The notes: generated by a model not told the origin, from the sequence alone. Counted from the stretch's first letter, positions 19,394-29,515 are shown. The stretch: DNA of 64,000 bases from Armatimonadota bacterium (GCA_020850315.1 JADZEY010000029.1:7413-71412); one strand, 5' to 3'. Program-made: numbers and translations.

Positions 19394-19607
19394 GGAACCG
19401 ATCTCTCCTTTTCCCCTGCCATCATTTGTTGAGGAGATATAGATGGATAAAAAAAGACCGACGGCAAGATAGAGCCTTACGGTGTTGGTGGCAAGGGGGG
19501 AAACGAAAGATTCTGGAAGAATCACCGCCTCAATTTTGAAAAATGTAACCGGAAACAAAAGTCTGTTGGCTGCGGTTCTGGATACGCTATATTTGCAGCC
19601 CTTCGAT

Positions 19608-19680
19608 GCCCGTGTAGCTCAACTGGCAGAGCATCTGATTTGTAATCAGAAGGTTGCAGGTTCGATTCCCGTCGCGGGCT
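19608..19680 (+). tRNA. tRNA-Thr (anticodon TGT)
   Basis: Hand-folded cloverleaf: acceptor GCCCGTG/CGCGGGC, D-arm GCTC-AACTGGCA-GAGC, anticodon stem TCTGA/TCAGA with loop TTTGTAA, T-loop TTCGATT (one A-C mismatch in the T-stem). Similar to B. subtilis tRNA-Thr(UGU). No CCA encoded. Confidence 0.7.
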
Positions 19681-19697
19681 CAAGTAAGTATCAAAAA

Positions 19698-19731
19698 GGG
19701 GATGCCGTCACAGCGGCATCCCCTTTTTTTC
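19698..19731 (+). terminator. rho-independent terminator downstream of tRNA-Thr
   Basis: Stem GGGGATGCCG…CGGCATCCCC followed by TTTTTTT. Confidence 0.7.
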
Positions 19732-19745
19732 TGGTGTCTGGCAAA

Positions 19746-19784
19746 TAAAAAAAACGCCCAGCTTCATCTTGCAGAAGCTGGGCG
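19746..19784 (-). terminator. rho-independent terminator of the minus-strand lipoprotein gene
   Basis: Stem CGCCCAGCTTC…GAAGCTGGGCG with a run of 8 A on the plus strand (T-run in minus sense). Confidence 0.65.
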
Positions 19785-19808
19785 TTGGTTGTTCTTGCCG
19801 GAAAGAAC

Positions 19809-20474
19809 TTACTTGTTGGTGTTTGGTTTCAACGCACCTTCAACTTCTTTCTTGGCATCCTTCATTGCGCCCTCAACCTTCTTGGCACCATCGTTGACTG
19901 CGCCCTCGACCTTCTTGGCAGCTTCGTCAACTTTCTTGCCAGCTTCTTCCATCATCCCTTCTTTCTTGGCAGCGGTGGTGTCTCCGGTTGCTGGGGCGGT
20001 GGTGGCAGCGGCGGTGGCGGCGGTGTTCATGGTGGCCTCCATTTCGCTGTGTTGCTTCATCAGCTCATCCAGCTTTGCGCCCCATGCGGTGTAGTCAGCT
20101 TCGGCGGCTTTCCAAGCGGTTTCCACGTCGGCACGCTTTCCGGCTTTCACCACTTCGGCCATTTTGGCTTGCGATTCGGCCAGCTTGGTTTCGACTTCTT
20201 TCACACCCGCCTCGTGATCTTTGAACATCTGATCCATCTTGGCGCGGGTCTCGGCCATTGCGGTGTCGGCTGGATTTGCCGAAGCCTTCATGGTCTCGAA
20301 CTTTGCCACCAACGCGCCATGCTTGGTCTTGAAGTCGTTCAGTTTGGTGGTAAGATCGCCGGCGGCTTTGGTCCAGGCATCGCTCAGGTCGGTCACGTTC
20401 TCTTTGCCGCAGCCAACGATAGCCAGCGCAGCAATGGCCAGCGTCAGCATGGCCTTGTAGGTGTTGTGAATCAT
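19809..20474 (-). CDS. coiled-coil lipoprotein with C-terminal AKKVEGA-type repeats (function unknown)
   Basis: Lipobox LAIVGCG. The protein is Ala/Lys/Glu-rich and helical. About 33-bp imperfect tandem coding repeats are visible at 19830-19960. Confidence 0.55.
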   Translation of the reverse strand: MIHNTYKAMLTLAIAALAIVGCGKENVTDLSDAWTKAAGDLTTKLNDFKTKHGALVAKFETMKASANPADTAMAETRAKMDQMFKDHEAGVKEVETKLAESQAKMAEVVKAGKRADVETAWKAAEADYTAWGAKLDELMKQHSEMEATMNTAATAAATTAPATGDTTAAKKEGMMEEAGKKVDEAAKKVEGAVNDGAKKVEGAMKDAKKEVEGALKPNTNK

Positions 20475-20698
20475 GGTTGTTGCTCCTTATTTGGTTTTAG
20501 TGGACGGTTTGTTGTATTGCTGTTAAAACAGGTTCTTGCTTCAAGAAGAGTGTACCGGAATGAGGGGTACGGCCACCAGTGGTTCTGCATTCTCGCGATC
20601 ATTGGCCCCGCTTTTGCGGAAGCGATAACCGAAGAGTTCTTGCCTACTACGTACGTTCAAGTACAATCGGTTTTTTCCGGCTACGTGCGTGTTGGCAA

Positions 20699-20926
20699 CT
20701 ATCCATCAAACGGCTGCACACTCAGTTCTCCATCCATCCGCTCTTTCAGTTCCTCCACTTTCAACTCTGCCAAGCGTAATTCTTGGCGGCAGCTTTGCGA
20801 TAGCAGTATCCCTTCTTCGTAGAGTTTCATGGCTTCCGATAGTGGGGCCGACTCACTTTCTAGGGTCTCCACAATCTGGGTCAATCGCTCCAGTGACTCT
20901 TCAAACGAACGTTGCTTTTTTGCCAT
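20699..20926 (-). CDS. xseB: exodeoxyribonuclease VII small subunit
   Basis: 75-aa protein with FEESLERLTQIVETLE…LSEAMKLYEEG, typical of XseB. Confidence 0.85.
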   Translation of the reverse strand: MAKKQRSFEESLERLTQIVETLESESAPLSEAMKLYEEGILLSQSCRQELRLAELKVEELKERMDGELSVQPFDG

Positions 20927-21099
20927 GATAGAATCGCGGTTGGCTTATACGCGCCGTAAAATTGGGCGTTACTGCCGCAAGGCCTGGCCCCGAAAAATGG
21001 ATGCAGGATTATGGTATCCCAGCAGACAGAACCGGGGAATAATTGCTGTTTGGTGGGGGGAAAGCAGAACAAGCCACCGGATCAGGATGGCTTGTTGGT

Positions 21100-21175
21100 T
21101 GGTACCGCGTACGAGATTCGAACTCGTGTTACCGGCGTGAGAGGCCAGCGTCCTAGACCCCTAGACGAACGCGGC
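21100..21175 (-). tRNA. tRNA-Glu (anticodon CTC), CCA encoded
   Basis: Minus-strand sequence GCCGCGTTCGTCTAGGGGTCTAGGACGCTGGCCTCTCACGCCGGTAACACGAGTTCGAATCTCGTACGCGGTACCA. The D-arm (TTCGTCTAG…AGGAC) matches the bacterial tRNA-Glu pattern, and the anticodon loop is CTCTCAC. Confidence 0.8.
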
Positions 21176-21215
21176 GTGTGGGTCGCGGGAAAGTATCCCT
21201 ACCAGAAATGTGAAG

Positions 21216-21288
21216 TTGCCCCGCCAGGGCTCGAACCTGGACTCTTCTGATCCAGAGTCAGACGTGTTGCCAGTTACACCACAGGGCA
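21216..21288 (-). tRNA. tRNA-Gln (anticodon CTG)
   Basis: Minus-strand cloverleaf: acceptor TGCCCTG/CGGGGCA, D-arm GTGT-AACTGGCA-ACAC, anticodon stem TCTGA/TCAGA with loop CTCTGGA, T-arm CCAGG-TTCGAGC-CCTGG. Confidence 0.75.
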
Positions 21289-21455
21289 GTTGTTGCTGGG
21301 CTACCAATCCCCAACACACGGAGGGCAAACATAGGGAAGCCAGCTCCGGTGGGCAAGGGGTGCATTACTGGAATAACAGAATAATGCAAAGCTACCAGCC
21401 TACGGTTGTCAAAACGAAGCGATTCTCGACAATCAACGGATGTGATTATCACCAG

Positions 21456-21529
<74 letters not shown>

Positions 21530-21802
21530 GGGGGACGAAAGGGAGACAAACATACGCCTACGGTGCAAACTGTGTCAAGCGTTCGGCCATTGGAAAATGT
21601 AGCAGTGTATCGCCCCGCCCCCGCTTCCCCCTTGCCAACAGCCGCAGGTTCGGTATGTTCGGCGGGGAGTGAGGTTTGGGTGCCGGATGTTGATCCATCA
21701 GCTTCATAGCTTGGCCAACAGGCTTACGGCTACGGTCAATGTTTCTCATCTCACATCTCCTTTTTGCAGTTGTCTCAATCATCAAGAACACACTCTTCGC
21801 TA

Positions 21803-22192
21803 ATGGCTTCTTCAACAAACCACACAACCGTTTTTACCGAGCAAGCTCCGGCTCCAATCGGGCCGTACTCGCAGGGGAAAGTGTTTGGCAATCTACTGTT
21901 TACTGCGGGGCAGATTGGCCTAACTCCATCGGGCGAACTTGCCGATGGTCTTCAGGAACAAACCCGGCAGGCGATAGCTAACCTGCAAGCTGTGTTGGAA
22001 GCTGGCGGCGCAAATTTTGGGTCGGTGCTGAAGACCACGATTTTCCTGAAAGACATGAATGATTTTGGAATCGTCAACAACATCTACGCGGAAGCCTTCG
22101 GCGATTCGGCACCGGCACGCTCAACGGTGCAAGCCGCACGGCTGCCAAAAGATGCCCTTGTTGAAATTGAAGCCATTGCCGCAGTAGGATGA
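21803..22192 (+). CDS. ridA: RidA/YjgF family reactive-intermediate deaminase
   Basis: APAPIGPYSQG…LFTAGQIG…TTIFLKDMNDF motifs of the YjgF/chorismate-mutase-like fold. The start is placed at the Met preceding this domain. Confidence 0.8.
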   Translation: MASSTNHTTVFTEQAPAPIGPYSQGKVFGNLLFTAGQIGLTPSGELADGLQEQTRQAIANLQAVLEAGGANFGSVLKTTIFLKDMNDFGIVNNIYAEAFGDSAPARSTVQAARLPKDALVEIEAIAAVG

Positions 22193-22728
22193 TCCACTTC
22201 CTGCCATCCACGGTTTGCCTGATACTGCTGCTGGCAGCGGCAACCGCAACCGCGCAAAGTGATACGGCAATCGCCCCAGCAATGGCTGCCGATAGCGTTG
22301 CAGCCTTCCCCCAACCGCTTGCTGGAGGAATGACGAAAAGCCCAACAACTGCGATCCTGTTATCGTTGATCCCTGGCGGGGGGCAGATCTACAATGAGCA
22401 GTATTGGAAAGCACCATTGTTTGCTGGGGTTGCTGGCTTTTTTCTTGTGCAAGCAATCCGCTATCACAACCTCTATCAGGATCAAGCCGATGTGGTGAAT
22501 GCCACCCCAGAAACAGATGTGGCCTACGCCCGGCTGAAACGAATCCGTGAGATATACCGCGATGAACGGGATTTGAACATCGCGTACTATCTGGGGGTTG
22601 ATATCCTTTGCATGGTTGATGCCTACGTTGGCGCGCACCTGTTCGATTTCAACGTGGATGATGATCTCACTTCACGCATCTGGTTCAACCCAGTTCGCCC
22701 TGGAATTGGCGTGACGTTGCAGTGGTGA
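22189..22728 (+). CDS. DUF5683-like membrane protein (Bacteroidota-type)
   Basis: Signal/TM segment, then SLIPGGGQIYNEQYWKAPLFAGVAGFFL, reminiscent of the DUF5683 family. The start overlaps the ridA stop. Confidence 0.5.
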   Translation: MIHFLPSTVCLILLLAAATATAQSDTAIAPAMAADSVAAFPQPLAGGMTKSPTTAILLSLIPGGGQIYNEQYWKAPLFAGVAGFFLVQAIRYHNLYQDQADVVNATPETDVAYARLKRIREIYRDERDLNIAYYLGVDILCMVDAYVGAHLFDFNVDDDLTSRIWFNPVRPGIGVTLQW

Positions 22729-22768
22729 CCCCAATGGCGATCTCCCCAGTGTTGGCAAGCATCACAGA

Positions 22769-23527
22769 TCATTCGCCATGCTGCGCCAGCCAGCGAACCG
22801 CCTGCCGGAATAGTTGGGCGTATCCCCCCCATTCCACAAACTCGGTTGGACACCAGTGCGGGCCGATATCGCTGGTCCATGCCAGCGTTCTGCCACGGCC
22901 ATACTCACCAACCACCAACAGCGGATCCGCCCCCACCGAAGCCAGAACCGTTGCGCCATTGCGTGGCGTTACTTTGTTGTAGCCAAGCAAGTACGGCCAC
23001 TCCCCTTCGATACCAGAAAGGATTGGGTGATGCGAGTGATGCACCGTAATGGCCGAACCTTCCGGATCCTCCACCCTGTCATCATACAGTGAAATCGTCA
23101 CTGGCAGGGCTTCCTCAACCGGGGTTCCAGCATATCGCGCCCCGGCGTGTAGCCCGGCAAAGCTGTAGTAGCCACCAATCATCGCCAATCCCCCGCCGGT
23201 AGCCGTGAACTCACGCAGCAGTTTCAGGCGGTTCGGCGTGCGTTTTCCGTGCAGCCATGTGTCGGGATGCAGCAGTAGCGTGTTGCTGCCGATATCGCTA
23301 AGCATGACAACATCATACTGCTGTAATTCCTGCAAGGTCATTGGGAAATTGGAAGGAGCATCGTGGCCCGGAAGATAATCGGCAGTGATTCCGGCATCAC
23401 GCAACGCTTTCAGCAGATCGCCAGCACCGCTGTGGTAGGTGACGGTGCTGAACTGATCCCACCCTTTGTGGTGGGTGGCGTTGGTAATCCAACTTTCGCC
23501 GACAAGGAGCAATCGTGGTGTGGACAT
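22769..23527 (-). CDS. ThuA/class-I glutamine amidotransferase-like domain protein
   Basis: Flavodoxin-like GATase1-like fold features (LLLVGESW…DVVMLSDIGSNTLLLH…LAMIGGYYSF). The start is placed at the internal Met (MSTPRLLLVG). Confidence 0.5.
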   Translation of the reverse strand: MSTPRLLLVGESWITNATHHKGWDQFSTVTYHSGAGDLLKALRDAGITADYLPGHDAPSNFPMTLQELQQYDVVMLSDIGSNTLLLHPDTWLHGKRTPNRLKLLREFTATGGGLAMIGGYYSFAGLHAGARYAGTPVEEALPVTISLYDDRVEDPEGSAITVHHSHHPILSGIEGEWPYLLGYNKVTPRNGATVLASVGADPLLVVGEYGRGRTLAWTSDIGPHWCPTEFVEWGGYAQLFRQAVRWLAQHGE

Positions 23528-23802
23528 GGCGTTGTGTGTGTGCTGTTGGTTGTTGTTTTTGGGAGCAGGCTGGACCTGCTGGTTTTGTGGATTGCGCCCA
23601 GCTGGCGTAGCCCTGCTGGACAAAAATGTTGTTGATATGAGGATAACGAAAAATCAAAAACCATCTCATCAGCCTTGCGCCGTAGGTAGTAAAATCTTCG
23701 CGGTTGTAGGGCTGTAACTGCTAAAAGATTGGAGGTGTAGGTTGGCATACGCAGAACCACGAACGCGGGCTTTGCTGAACGCAACATTATCACGGAGGAG
23801 TT

Positions 23803-24273
23803 ATGCCACGCACAAATGTTCCGAACAGATTCCTTCCGATTGCGGCACTACTGCTGCTTGCCCTATCCATGCCAAGCTTGGCACAAACAACGGGGACGAT
23901 TATCGGAACGGTGATTGATGCATCAAACACGCCAATCGTTGGCGCAATGATTCGCCTTAAAAACACGAAACAAGGAGCAATGGCGAAACCGAATGGGCGA
24001 TTCGTTATCAAGAATGTGGAGGCCGGGTCACATACACTGGTGATTACTGGGGTTGGAATGGTTCCGTATGAATGCACCATAAAGGTTGCACCAGCATGTA
24101 CAACAGATGTCGGCAATTGTGTGATACAAGATCGCCAGATAGTGTACTGCTGCTACTGTTCCGGTCTGGGAATCCCGATTGATGAGGTAAACCAGAGCAT
24201 CAGTACACAGCCGCAGGAGATCATCCAGCCCCAACCACCGCCCCAGCCCACGGCAGAGGCAACAATCCAATAG
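23803..24273 (+). CDS. secreted lipoprotein with carboxypeptidase-regulatory-like (CarbopepD_reg) beta-sandwich domain and Cys-rich C-terminus
   Basis: Signal peptide, then TGTIIGTVIDASNTPIVGAMIRL…NGRFVIKNVEAGSHTLVITGVG, and a Cys-rich tail (CTIKVAPACTTDVGNC…YCCYCSG). Confidence 0.55.
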   Translation: MPRTNVPNRFLPIAALLLLALSMPSLAQTTGTIIGTVIDASNTPIVGAMIRLKNTKQGAMAKPNGRFVIKNVEAGSHTLVITGVGMVPYECTIKVAPACTTDVGNCVIQDRQIVYCCYCSGLGIPIDEVNQSISTQPQEIIQPQPPPQPTAEATIQ

Positions 24274-24297
24274 GGCACAGAAACCGTGAGCAAAAAC

Positions 24298-24343
24298 GAA
24301 CAGTGGGTTGCACCAGATTGGTGCAACCCACTGTTCTGTTTGG
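24298..24343. terminator. bidirectional rho-independent terminator between convergent genes
   Basis: 17-bp perfect stem GAACAGTGGGTTGCACC…GGTGCAACCCACTGTTC with flanking T/A runs. Confidence 0.7.
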
Positions 24344-24365
24344 CTTGGGGGCAATGGTTGCGATG

Positions 24366-25433
24366 TTATTCTTCGGTCATTTCTGTTGCTTCGGCATCAA
24401 CCTCTTCTTCTACCATATCATGGTCAATTTCTTCGATGTCGAACATCTCATCCTGCGGTTCCATCTCTCCGCTGCTCTCCTCGTAGAAACCACGGACGTT
24501 GGGGTGGTTACGGTTGATAAGAATGATGGAGTAATCATGTGGTTCGCCATGCCGTTTCTCGATGCGGATTGCCCCAGCATCTTCCAGCGTGTTCAGCATT
24601 GCCTTCCGCTCAAAGTCGTGAAGCTGTGGCAGCGCGTCGGAAAGTTTGCGAAGGAATGGGCTGATCCAGACCTCGGCATGGTGGCCGTAGTTTTTCAGCA
24701 GCACATCCACGCAGGTTTGCTCCTCATCGGTAGCTAATTCGGTTACGTCGGTGAAGCTGCCGGTTACCCCCTCGCTTACTTGCAGGCCGTTATCCCACCA
24801 TTCCCGTTCGGCACCGGGGACTTCGGATCCATGGCGTGGTTTTGGGCGTGGGGTGTGGCGTGCGACGGCTTGCTCCATCTGGCGTTGGGCGTTCGGGTCG
24901 GCAGCAACGGCAAGGTCAATGTAGTGCGAAGCCCCAATGAACTGAAGCATATCTGGTGAGATGCAAGCGCGGAACGTCGCCAAAAGCACCGTGCGTCCCT
25001 GGCGTTTGATATGCTGCACCAGCGGGATGTAGTCCCGGTCGGCACAAACAATCACTAAGGTGGAAATGTCGGCGCGGGTGTACAGAAGTTCCAGCGCGTC
25101 AATCGTAAGCTGAAGATCGGCTGAGTCGTTCAACCCCGATGCCGCCACGTTGCGTGTCTCCACCCCCATTTCGTACAGGGTGCTTTGGATGCCGTTGCGT
25201 AGCTCCTCGAAATCGGCATAAGCTTTTAGCGTGATGGCGTTGCGGTTGAGTTTGCGGTCAAGCTGACGCTCGACCCCACGGATCATGTCGCCGATTGAAT
25301 CAGGAACGAGGGAGGTCTCGTTCTGGCTGTTTTTCAAGTAGGCGAACAGATTTCCGTAATCAACAAGGATTGCTGCGGTTGCACGTGCGGCAGCGGCAGT
25401 GGCTGTGCGTGCGGCTGTGTTGTTGTTCATCAC
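24366..25433 (-). CDS. NYN (PIN-like) domain RNA-binding/nuclease protein with C-terminal possible LOTUS/OST-HTH region and acidic tail
   Basis: NYN hallmark segments ILVDYGNLF…LVIVCADRDYIPLVQHIKRQGRTVLLATF. The C-terminal ~100 aa are followed by an extremely acidic tail (EEIDHDMVEEEVDAEATEMTEE). Confidence 0.65.
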   Translation of the reverse strand: MMNNNTAARTATAAAARATAAILVDYGNLFAYLKNSQNETSLVPDSIGDMIRGVERQLDRKLNRNAITLKAYADFEELRNGIQSTLYEMGVETRNVAASGLNDSADLQLTIDALELLYTRADISTLVIVCADRDYIPLVQHIKRQGRTVLLATFRACISPDMLQFIGASHYIDLAVAADPNAQRQMEQAVARHTPRPKPRHGSEVPGAEREWWDNGLQVSEGVTGSFTDVTELATDEEQTCVDVLLKNYGHHAEVWISPFLRKLSDALPQLHDFERKAMLNTLEDAGAIRIEKRHGEPHDYSIILINRNHPNVRGFYEESSGEMEPQDEMFDIEEIDHDMVEEEVDAEATEMTEE

Positions 25434-25671
25434 AGGCGGAAGAATAGATTGATGAAGAATACCGCAAGCACAACTAAAGCCTGCGGCAGTGTGTTGTCAT
25501 AGTGACAATGGTCGGAAATTATCTTGGGTACAGGAAGTGTTGGGACAACGAAGCGTTCAGTGACGTGTGAACGATAAGCGGGCGCAAAATAGTTCCCACC
25601 CATGCTTGTGGGGGTGGGGTGAAGGATTGTTTATGAAATTTTACAAGCCGCCGGGATTCCGATTGGCGGGG

Positions 25672-27588
25672 TTACAGCATCCGCCGCAGCCGTGCCACGG
25701 GGATGTTCAACTGCTCGCGGTATTTCGCAACGGTTCGCCGGGCAATGTTGTAGCCAGCGTCGTGCATTCGGTGGCTTATTTCATCATCCGATAATGGAGT
25801 TTTTTTGTCCTCGTCCTCAATCATCTCCTTGATTTTTGCTTTCACGATTTTGTTGGCAACTTCCTCACCGCTTGCAGTGTGAAGTTTTTCGGAGAAGAAG
25901 TACTTCAGCTCGAAGGTTCCGTAGTCGGTTTGCACGTACTTTCCGTTGACCACACGGCATACGGTGGAGATGTCCATCCCAATCCGCTCGGCAACGTCGC
26001 GGTAGATCATCGGCTTCAGTTGGTCGGGGCCGTACAGAAAGAAATCCTGCTGCAAGTCCACAATCGCCCGCACCACTCGCATCATTGTTTGCCGCCGCTG
26101 GTGGATAGAAGCAATAAACCACTTGGCTGCTTCCATTTTTTCCCGTAGGAATTTTTGCGCGGTGCGCTCGGCACTGCTCCGTTTTTTGCCGCGCCGCATC
26201 AGATCCTGGTAGCTGTTGCTTATCCGCAGTGACGGAATGTTCCTGTCGTTCGGGGTGATGATGATATCCTCCCCCTCCCGTTCAACAACAAAATCTGGAG
26301 TGATGTAGTTGGTTTCGGTGATGGTAAAGGAGCCTTCCCCGGGCTTCGGGTTCAGCGACCGGATCACCTCCAACGCACGCTTCAAATCTTCTTCGCTACA
26401 GCCGTGGCGGGCGCAAATTTTCTCGAAATGCTTGTGAGTGAATTCGTTGAATGTGTCGCGCAGGATTGCGTAGGCAAGGGAGAAGTTGGAGAGGTTGCTG
26501 TGCAACTGCGGCTCCAACTGAACCATTAAACACTCCCGAAGATTGCGTGCACCCACCCCTATCGGGTCAAGCCGTTGGATACGGTGCAGCACGGCCTCGG
26601 CTTCTTCGTAGGTAAACGCCGGTAGGTCAGGAAGCGGAGCCAAGATCACCCCGGCTGACAATGCTTCCTCGGCTGGGAGCGATTGCGGCACCGATGCAGA
26701 ACCCCGCTGGGGTTGCAAGGGCTGTGCCGAAGTCCCCATCTCCAAAATCTTTGCTAACTCCTCAATGGACATCCGTGACATCTCCTCCAGCGAGATGGAG
26801 TCCACGCCGCGGCGGGCTTCCGGTACCCCCTCTTCCTCTTCGTCATCTTCTATCTCATCTTCAGCTAAGCCGTTAGGCTGATAGAGTTCTTCATCAAGGT
26901 CGTCGTGATGCTCCAACTGTTCTTGCAGCCGCGCTTGGCGGATCTGTGCTGCAATCCGTTCGCGCCCAAAAGGTTGGTCGCTGGCTGGGGCTTGGTAGCT
27001 GTCAAAACGTCCGTCGCCGATTGCGGTGTTTTCCACATACACCGTTTGGCTGGTCATGGCGATGAACTTGTTCAGGTCGTCCACCACCTCATGCAGGTCG
27101 CGCCGCAAGTATCCGTCGTCGTCAATGTTCCCGATAATCTCCTCGGCCAACACCAACTGGTTATCGCTGATGGTTTGCATCCGCAGTTGCGCCAGCAGTT
27201 GCTGGGCAAAGGTCTCGTAGGCGCGTTGTGGTTGCTCTTCGTATTCGTCCCCTTCCTGCCCTGCAAATGTTGGTGCTTTGTAGCCTTCGTAGTCGTCGGT
27301 GATGTTGTAATCAAGCTCGTCATCTGCCGACCGGCTGTTTCCGTCAAACTCGAAATCGTCATCATCATCGCCGCTGGAATTTTCACGCGGCGCAAGGTCT
27401 TGCTCTGGCGTACTATCCAGGTCTTGTTCAAAGATGCCAGCTTCTTCCAGCAAGGGGTTGGCTTCCAGTTCTTGCTTAATGGCTTGCTCCAATGCTGCCG
27501 TTGGCAACTGAAGCATCTTCAGATACTGGACCTGCTGCGGCGTGACCCGTTGCTGCTGCGTTAGTATTGGGGAGAGCGTAATCATCAC
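25672..27588 (-). CDS. rpoN: RNA polymerase sigma-54 factor with expanded acidic region II
   Basis: N-terminal region I LKMLQLPTAALEQAIKQELEANPLLEE and C-terminal RpoN box ARRTVAKYREQLNIPVARLRR. At 638 aa it is longer than typical RpoN, with long D/E-rich inserts. Confidence 0.9.
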   Translation of the reverse strand: MMITLSPILTQQQRVTPQQVQYLKMLQLPTAALEQAIKQELEANPLLEEAGIFEQDLDSTPEQDLAPRENSSGDDDDDFEFDGNSRSADDELDYNITDDYEGYKAPTFAGQEGDEYEEQPQRAYETFAQQLLAQLRMQTISDNQLVLAEEIIGNIDDDGYLRRDLHEVVDDLNKFIAMTSQTVYVENTAIGDGRFDSYQAPASDQPFGRERIAAQIRQARLQEQLEHHDDLDEELYQPNGLAEDEIEDDEEEEGVPEARRGVDSISLEEMSRMSIEELAKILEMGTSAQPLQPQRGSASVPQSLPAEEALSAGVILAPLPDLPAFTYEEAEAVLHRIQRLDPIGVGARNLRECLMVQLEPQLHSNLSNFSLAYAILRDTFNEFTHKHFEKICARHGCSEEDLKRALEVIRSLNPKPGEGSFTITETNYITPDFVVEREGEDIIITPNDRNIPSLRISNSYQDLMRRGKKRSSAERTAQKFLREKMEAAKWFIASIHQRRQTMMRVVRAIVDLQQDFFLYGPDQLKPMIYRDVAERIGMDISTVCRVVNGKYVQTDYGTFELKYFFSEKLHTASGEEVANKIVKAKIKEMIEDEDKKTPLSDDEISHRMHDAGYNIARRTVAKYREQLNIPVARLRRML

Positions 27589-27735
27589 TCAGAGAACATC
27601 AAAAAATGTCAGGTTGATTCTTCATCAGCTTGTGTGTTGCACATCAGTTCGGCAGCGTGCGATGGCGTTGTAACACTGGGGCCAAATATACACAGAAGGG
27701 GAACACAGCTATCCCCCCGCGCCTTGCTCCCTGCC

Positions 27736-28320
27736 TCATTTCCCTTTCTTTTTTGTGGTTGCCAAATGCTCGGCAAGCTGGGCGTAGAACTCTGAGCCGA
27801 AGGCGCGGGTTAGAGCATCTTCCAGAAACCGGTAGAGAGGGACTCCTTCTTGCCGACCACGCAGAAGCGCGGGGCGGCATTCGCTGATTTTTTCATAGCG
27901 CAGGTAGGTTGCGCCGAACAGTTCTTCCACACGGATCGGGAACAGATGGCAGCTGATAGGCTTGCGGAAACTGGTTTCGCCGTTGAAGTAAGCACGTTCA
28001 ATCGCACACTTGGCGATCCCTTCCTGGCGATAGACAAAGACGCAATCGCGTTCATCAATGCAGGTGGTGGCATAGTCGCCCGGCTCCCCTTCCACCGCAC
28101 CAAACGTTGCAATGGCAATGGCGTGTTCGGGCGAAAGGTAGGGAAGCGCGGCGGGAATTGATTGCTCTATCTGCTCAACCTCGGTATCCAACACCGGCGC
28201 GCCCCGCCCGCCGGGCATGGTGCAACACGCCCCACGGCACGCTTGCAGGTCGCAACTGAACTGAACGCTTCCGATAGCGTTATCGGCAACAGCATTGATG
28301 ATAGTGAACATGGACGGCAA
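27736..28320 (-). CDS. DUF3109/YkgJ-like cysteine-cluster protein
   Basis: N-terminal CDLQACRGACC metal-binding cluster and a further conserved Cys pattern typical of DUF3109. Confidence 0.55.
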   Translation of the reverse strand: MPSMFTIINAVADNAIGSVQFSCDLQACRGACCTMPGGRGAPVLDTEVEQIEQSIPAALPYLSPEHAIAIATFGAVEGEPGDYATTCIDERDCVFVYRQEGIAKCAIERAYFNGETSFRKPISCHLFPIRVEELFGATYLRYEKISECRPALLRGRQEGVPLYRFLEDALTRAFGSEFYAQLAEHLATTKKKGK

Positions 28321-28530
28321 AATTACACTACTACTTAGAAGTTGTAGAGGGACATACTGTTACTTGCAACAGAGGGGGGTAATTAGCCAGATTCGCCCTC
28401 GGCTTGCGAAGCAATATACAAGCCACGCAACGGTTGGCAAGGGTACACGAACGGGCAATACTTGTTCGCACGTTATCGCCTTCATGTGAGTTACCGCCCA
28501 ACGCAGTTGCCCCCCCATCCATTACAACCT

Positions 28531-29352
28531 ATGCTTGAAAATATCGCGCAAACGACTACTGAACTACTGGACGGACACGACGTTGCTGGACAGGTACTTG
28601 CCGTTTCGGAAGAACGGGAGTTTGCAGAAGTAGTCCCGGAATATCTACGCTCCGGCTATCGCTTGCTGATGGCTGGCGACGCTAACGCAGCCATTGCGTT
28701 GTGGCAAGATATCTACCACCGCTATCCATCAGCAGAAATCTGTGGCCATATCTCCCGTGCGCATTGCTACCAGATGTTCTTCCAGAACCATTACAGCATC
28801 CCTGCCGACCGCGCCCCTCACATCCGTGAAATGCGAAGCTGGGCCGAGCGTGCACTGACACTGAACCCCAATTCCTCCATCGGCCACGCAATGCTCTCGT
28901 TTGCCATTGGGCAGGAAGCGCTGATCAGCCGCTCGCAACGGAAAATCCTTGCCGAAGCCTCGGAAATCCGCCACCATGCCGAACAAGCTGTGCTGATTGA
29001 CAACAACTGGGTGGGGCATTTTGTGCTTGGCATTTGGCATCGCGAATTGGCTGGGATTAACCCTGCGCTGCGGGCAATCGCACGGATATTTGTCCAGAAA
29101 CTTCCCCGTGCCAGCTATGCAAAGTCTATCGAGCACTTCCAGCAGGTGCTGAAGCAGTACCCAGAGAACAATTTCATCTATGCCGAAATGGCATACACCT
29201 ACGAACAAATGGGGGACATGGCGCAAGCCTGCACCATGTACAAACGCTGCATCACCATGCCGTTGTTTAAGCACCCCATTTCCGAACAGATGACCCGTAT
29301 CGCCGTTGAGCGAATGGGGAAGAAATGCCGCAAAGCAACGGCGGCTTCGTAG
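28531..29352 (+). CDS. TPR-like helical repeat hypothetical protein
   Basis: Long ORF with good coding appearance and helical repeat character (…AIALWQDIYHRYP…YAEMAYTYEQMGDMAQA). The start is uncertain (an alternative is 28462). Confidence 0.45.
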   Translation: MLENIAQTTTELLDGHDVAGQVLAVSEEREFAEVVPEYLRSGYRLLMAGDANAAIALWQDIYHRYPSAEICGHISRAHCYQMFFQNHYSIPADRAPHIREMRSWAERALTLNPNSSIGHAMLSFAIGQEALISRSQRKILAEASEIRHHAEQAVLIDNNWVGHFVLGIWHRELAGINPALRAIARIFVQKLPRASYAKSIEHFQQVLKQYPENNFIYAEMAYTYEQMGDMAQACTMYKRCITMPLFKHPISEQMTRIAVERMGKKCRKATAAS

Positions 29353-29515
29353 CGTTTCTGCATCGCTTCTAACAATCGTTCCCGGCGCGAAGGCCCCATT
29401 GGCTTCCGCGCCGGCGATGTTTTTTTTACCGGCGTAGCGATTGCCGCAACAACCGCCAAGCACAATTCTCGGCATATCTTTGTGCGGCCAACACACTCAC
29501 TTTAGATGCAGTCGC

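Noticed and set aside
19785-20822. 345-aa plus-strand ORF
   Set aside because: Antisense to the coiled-coil lipoprotein and xseB genes. Gly/Phe/His-rich nonsense composition.
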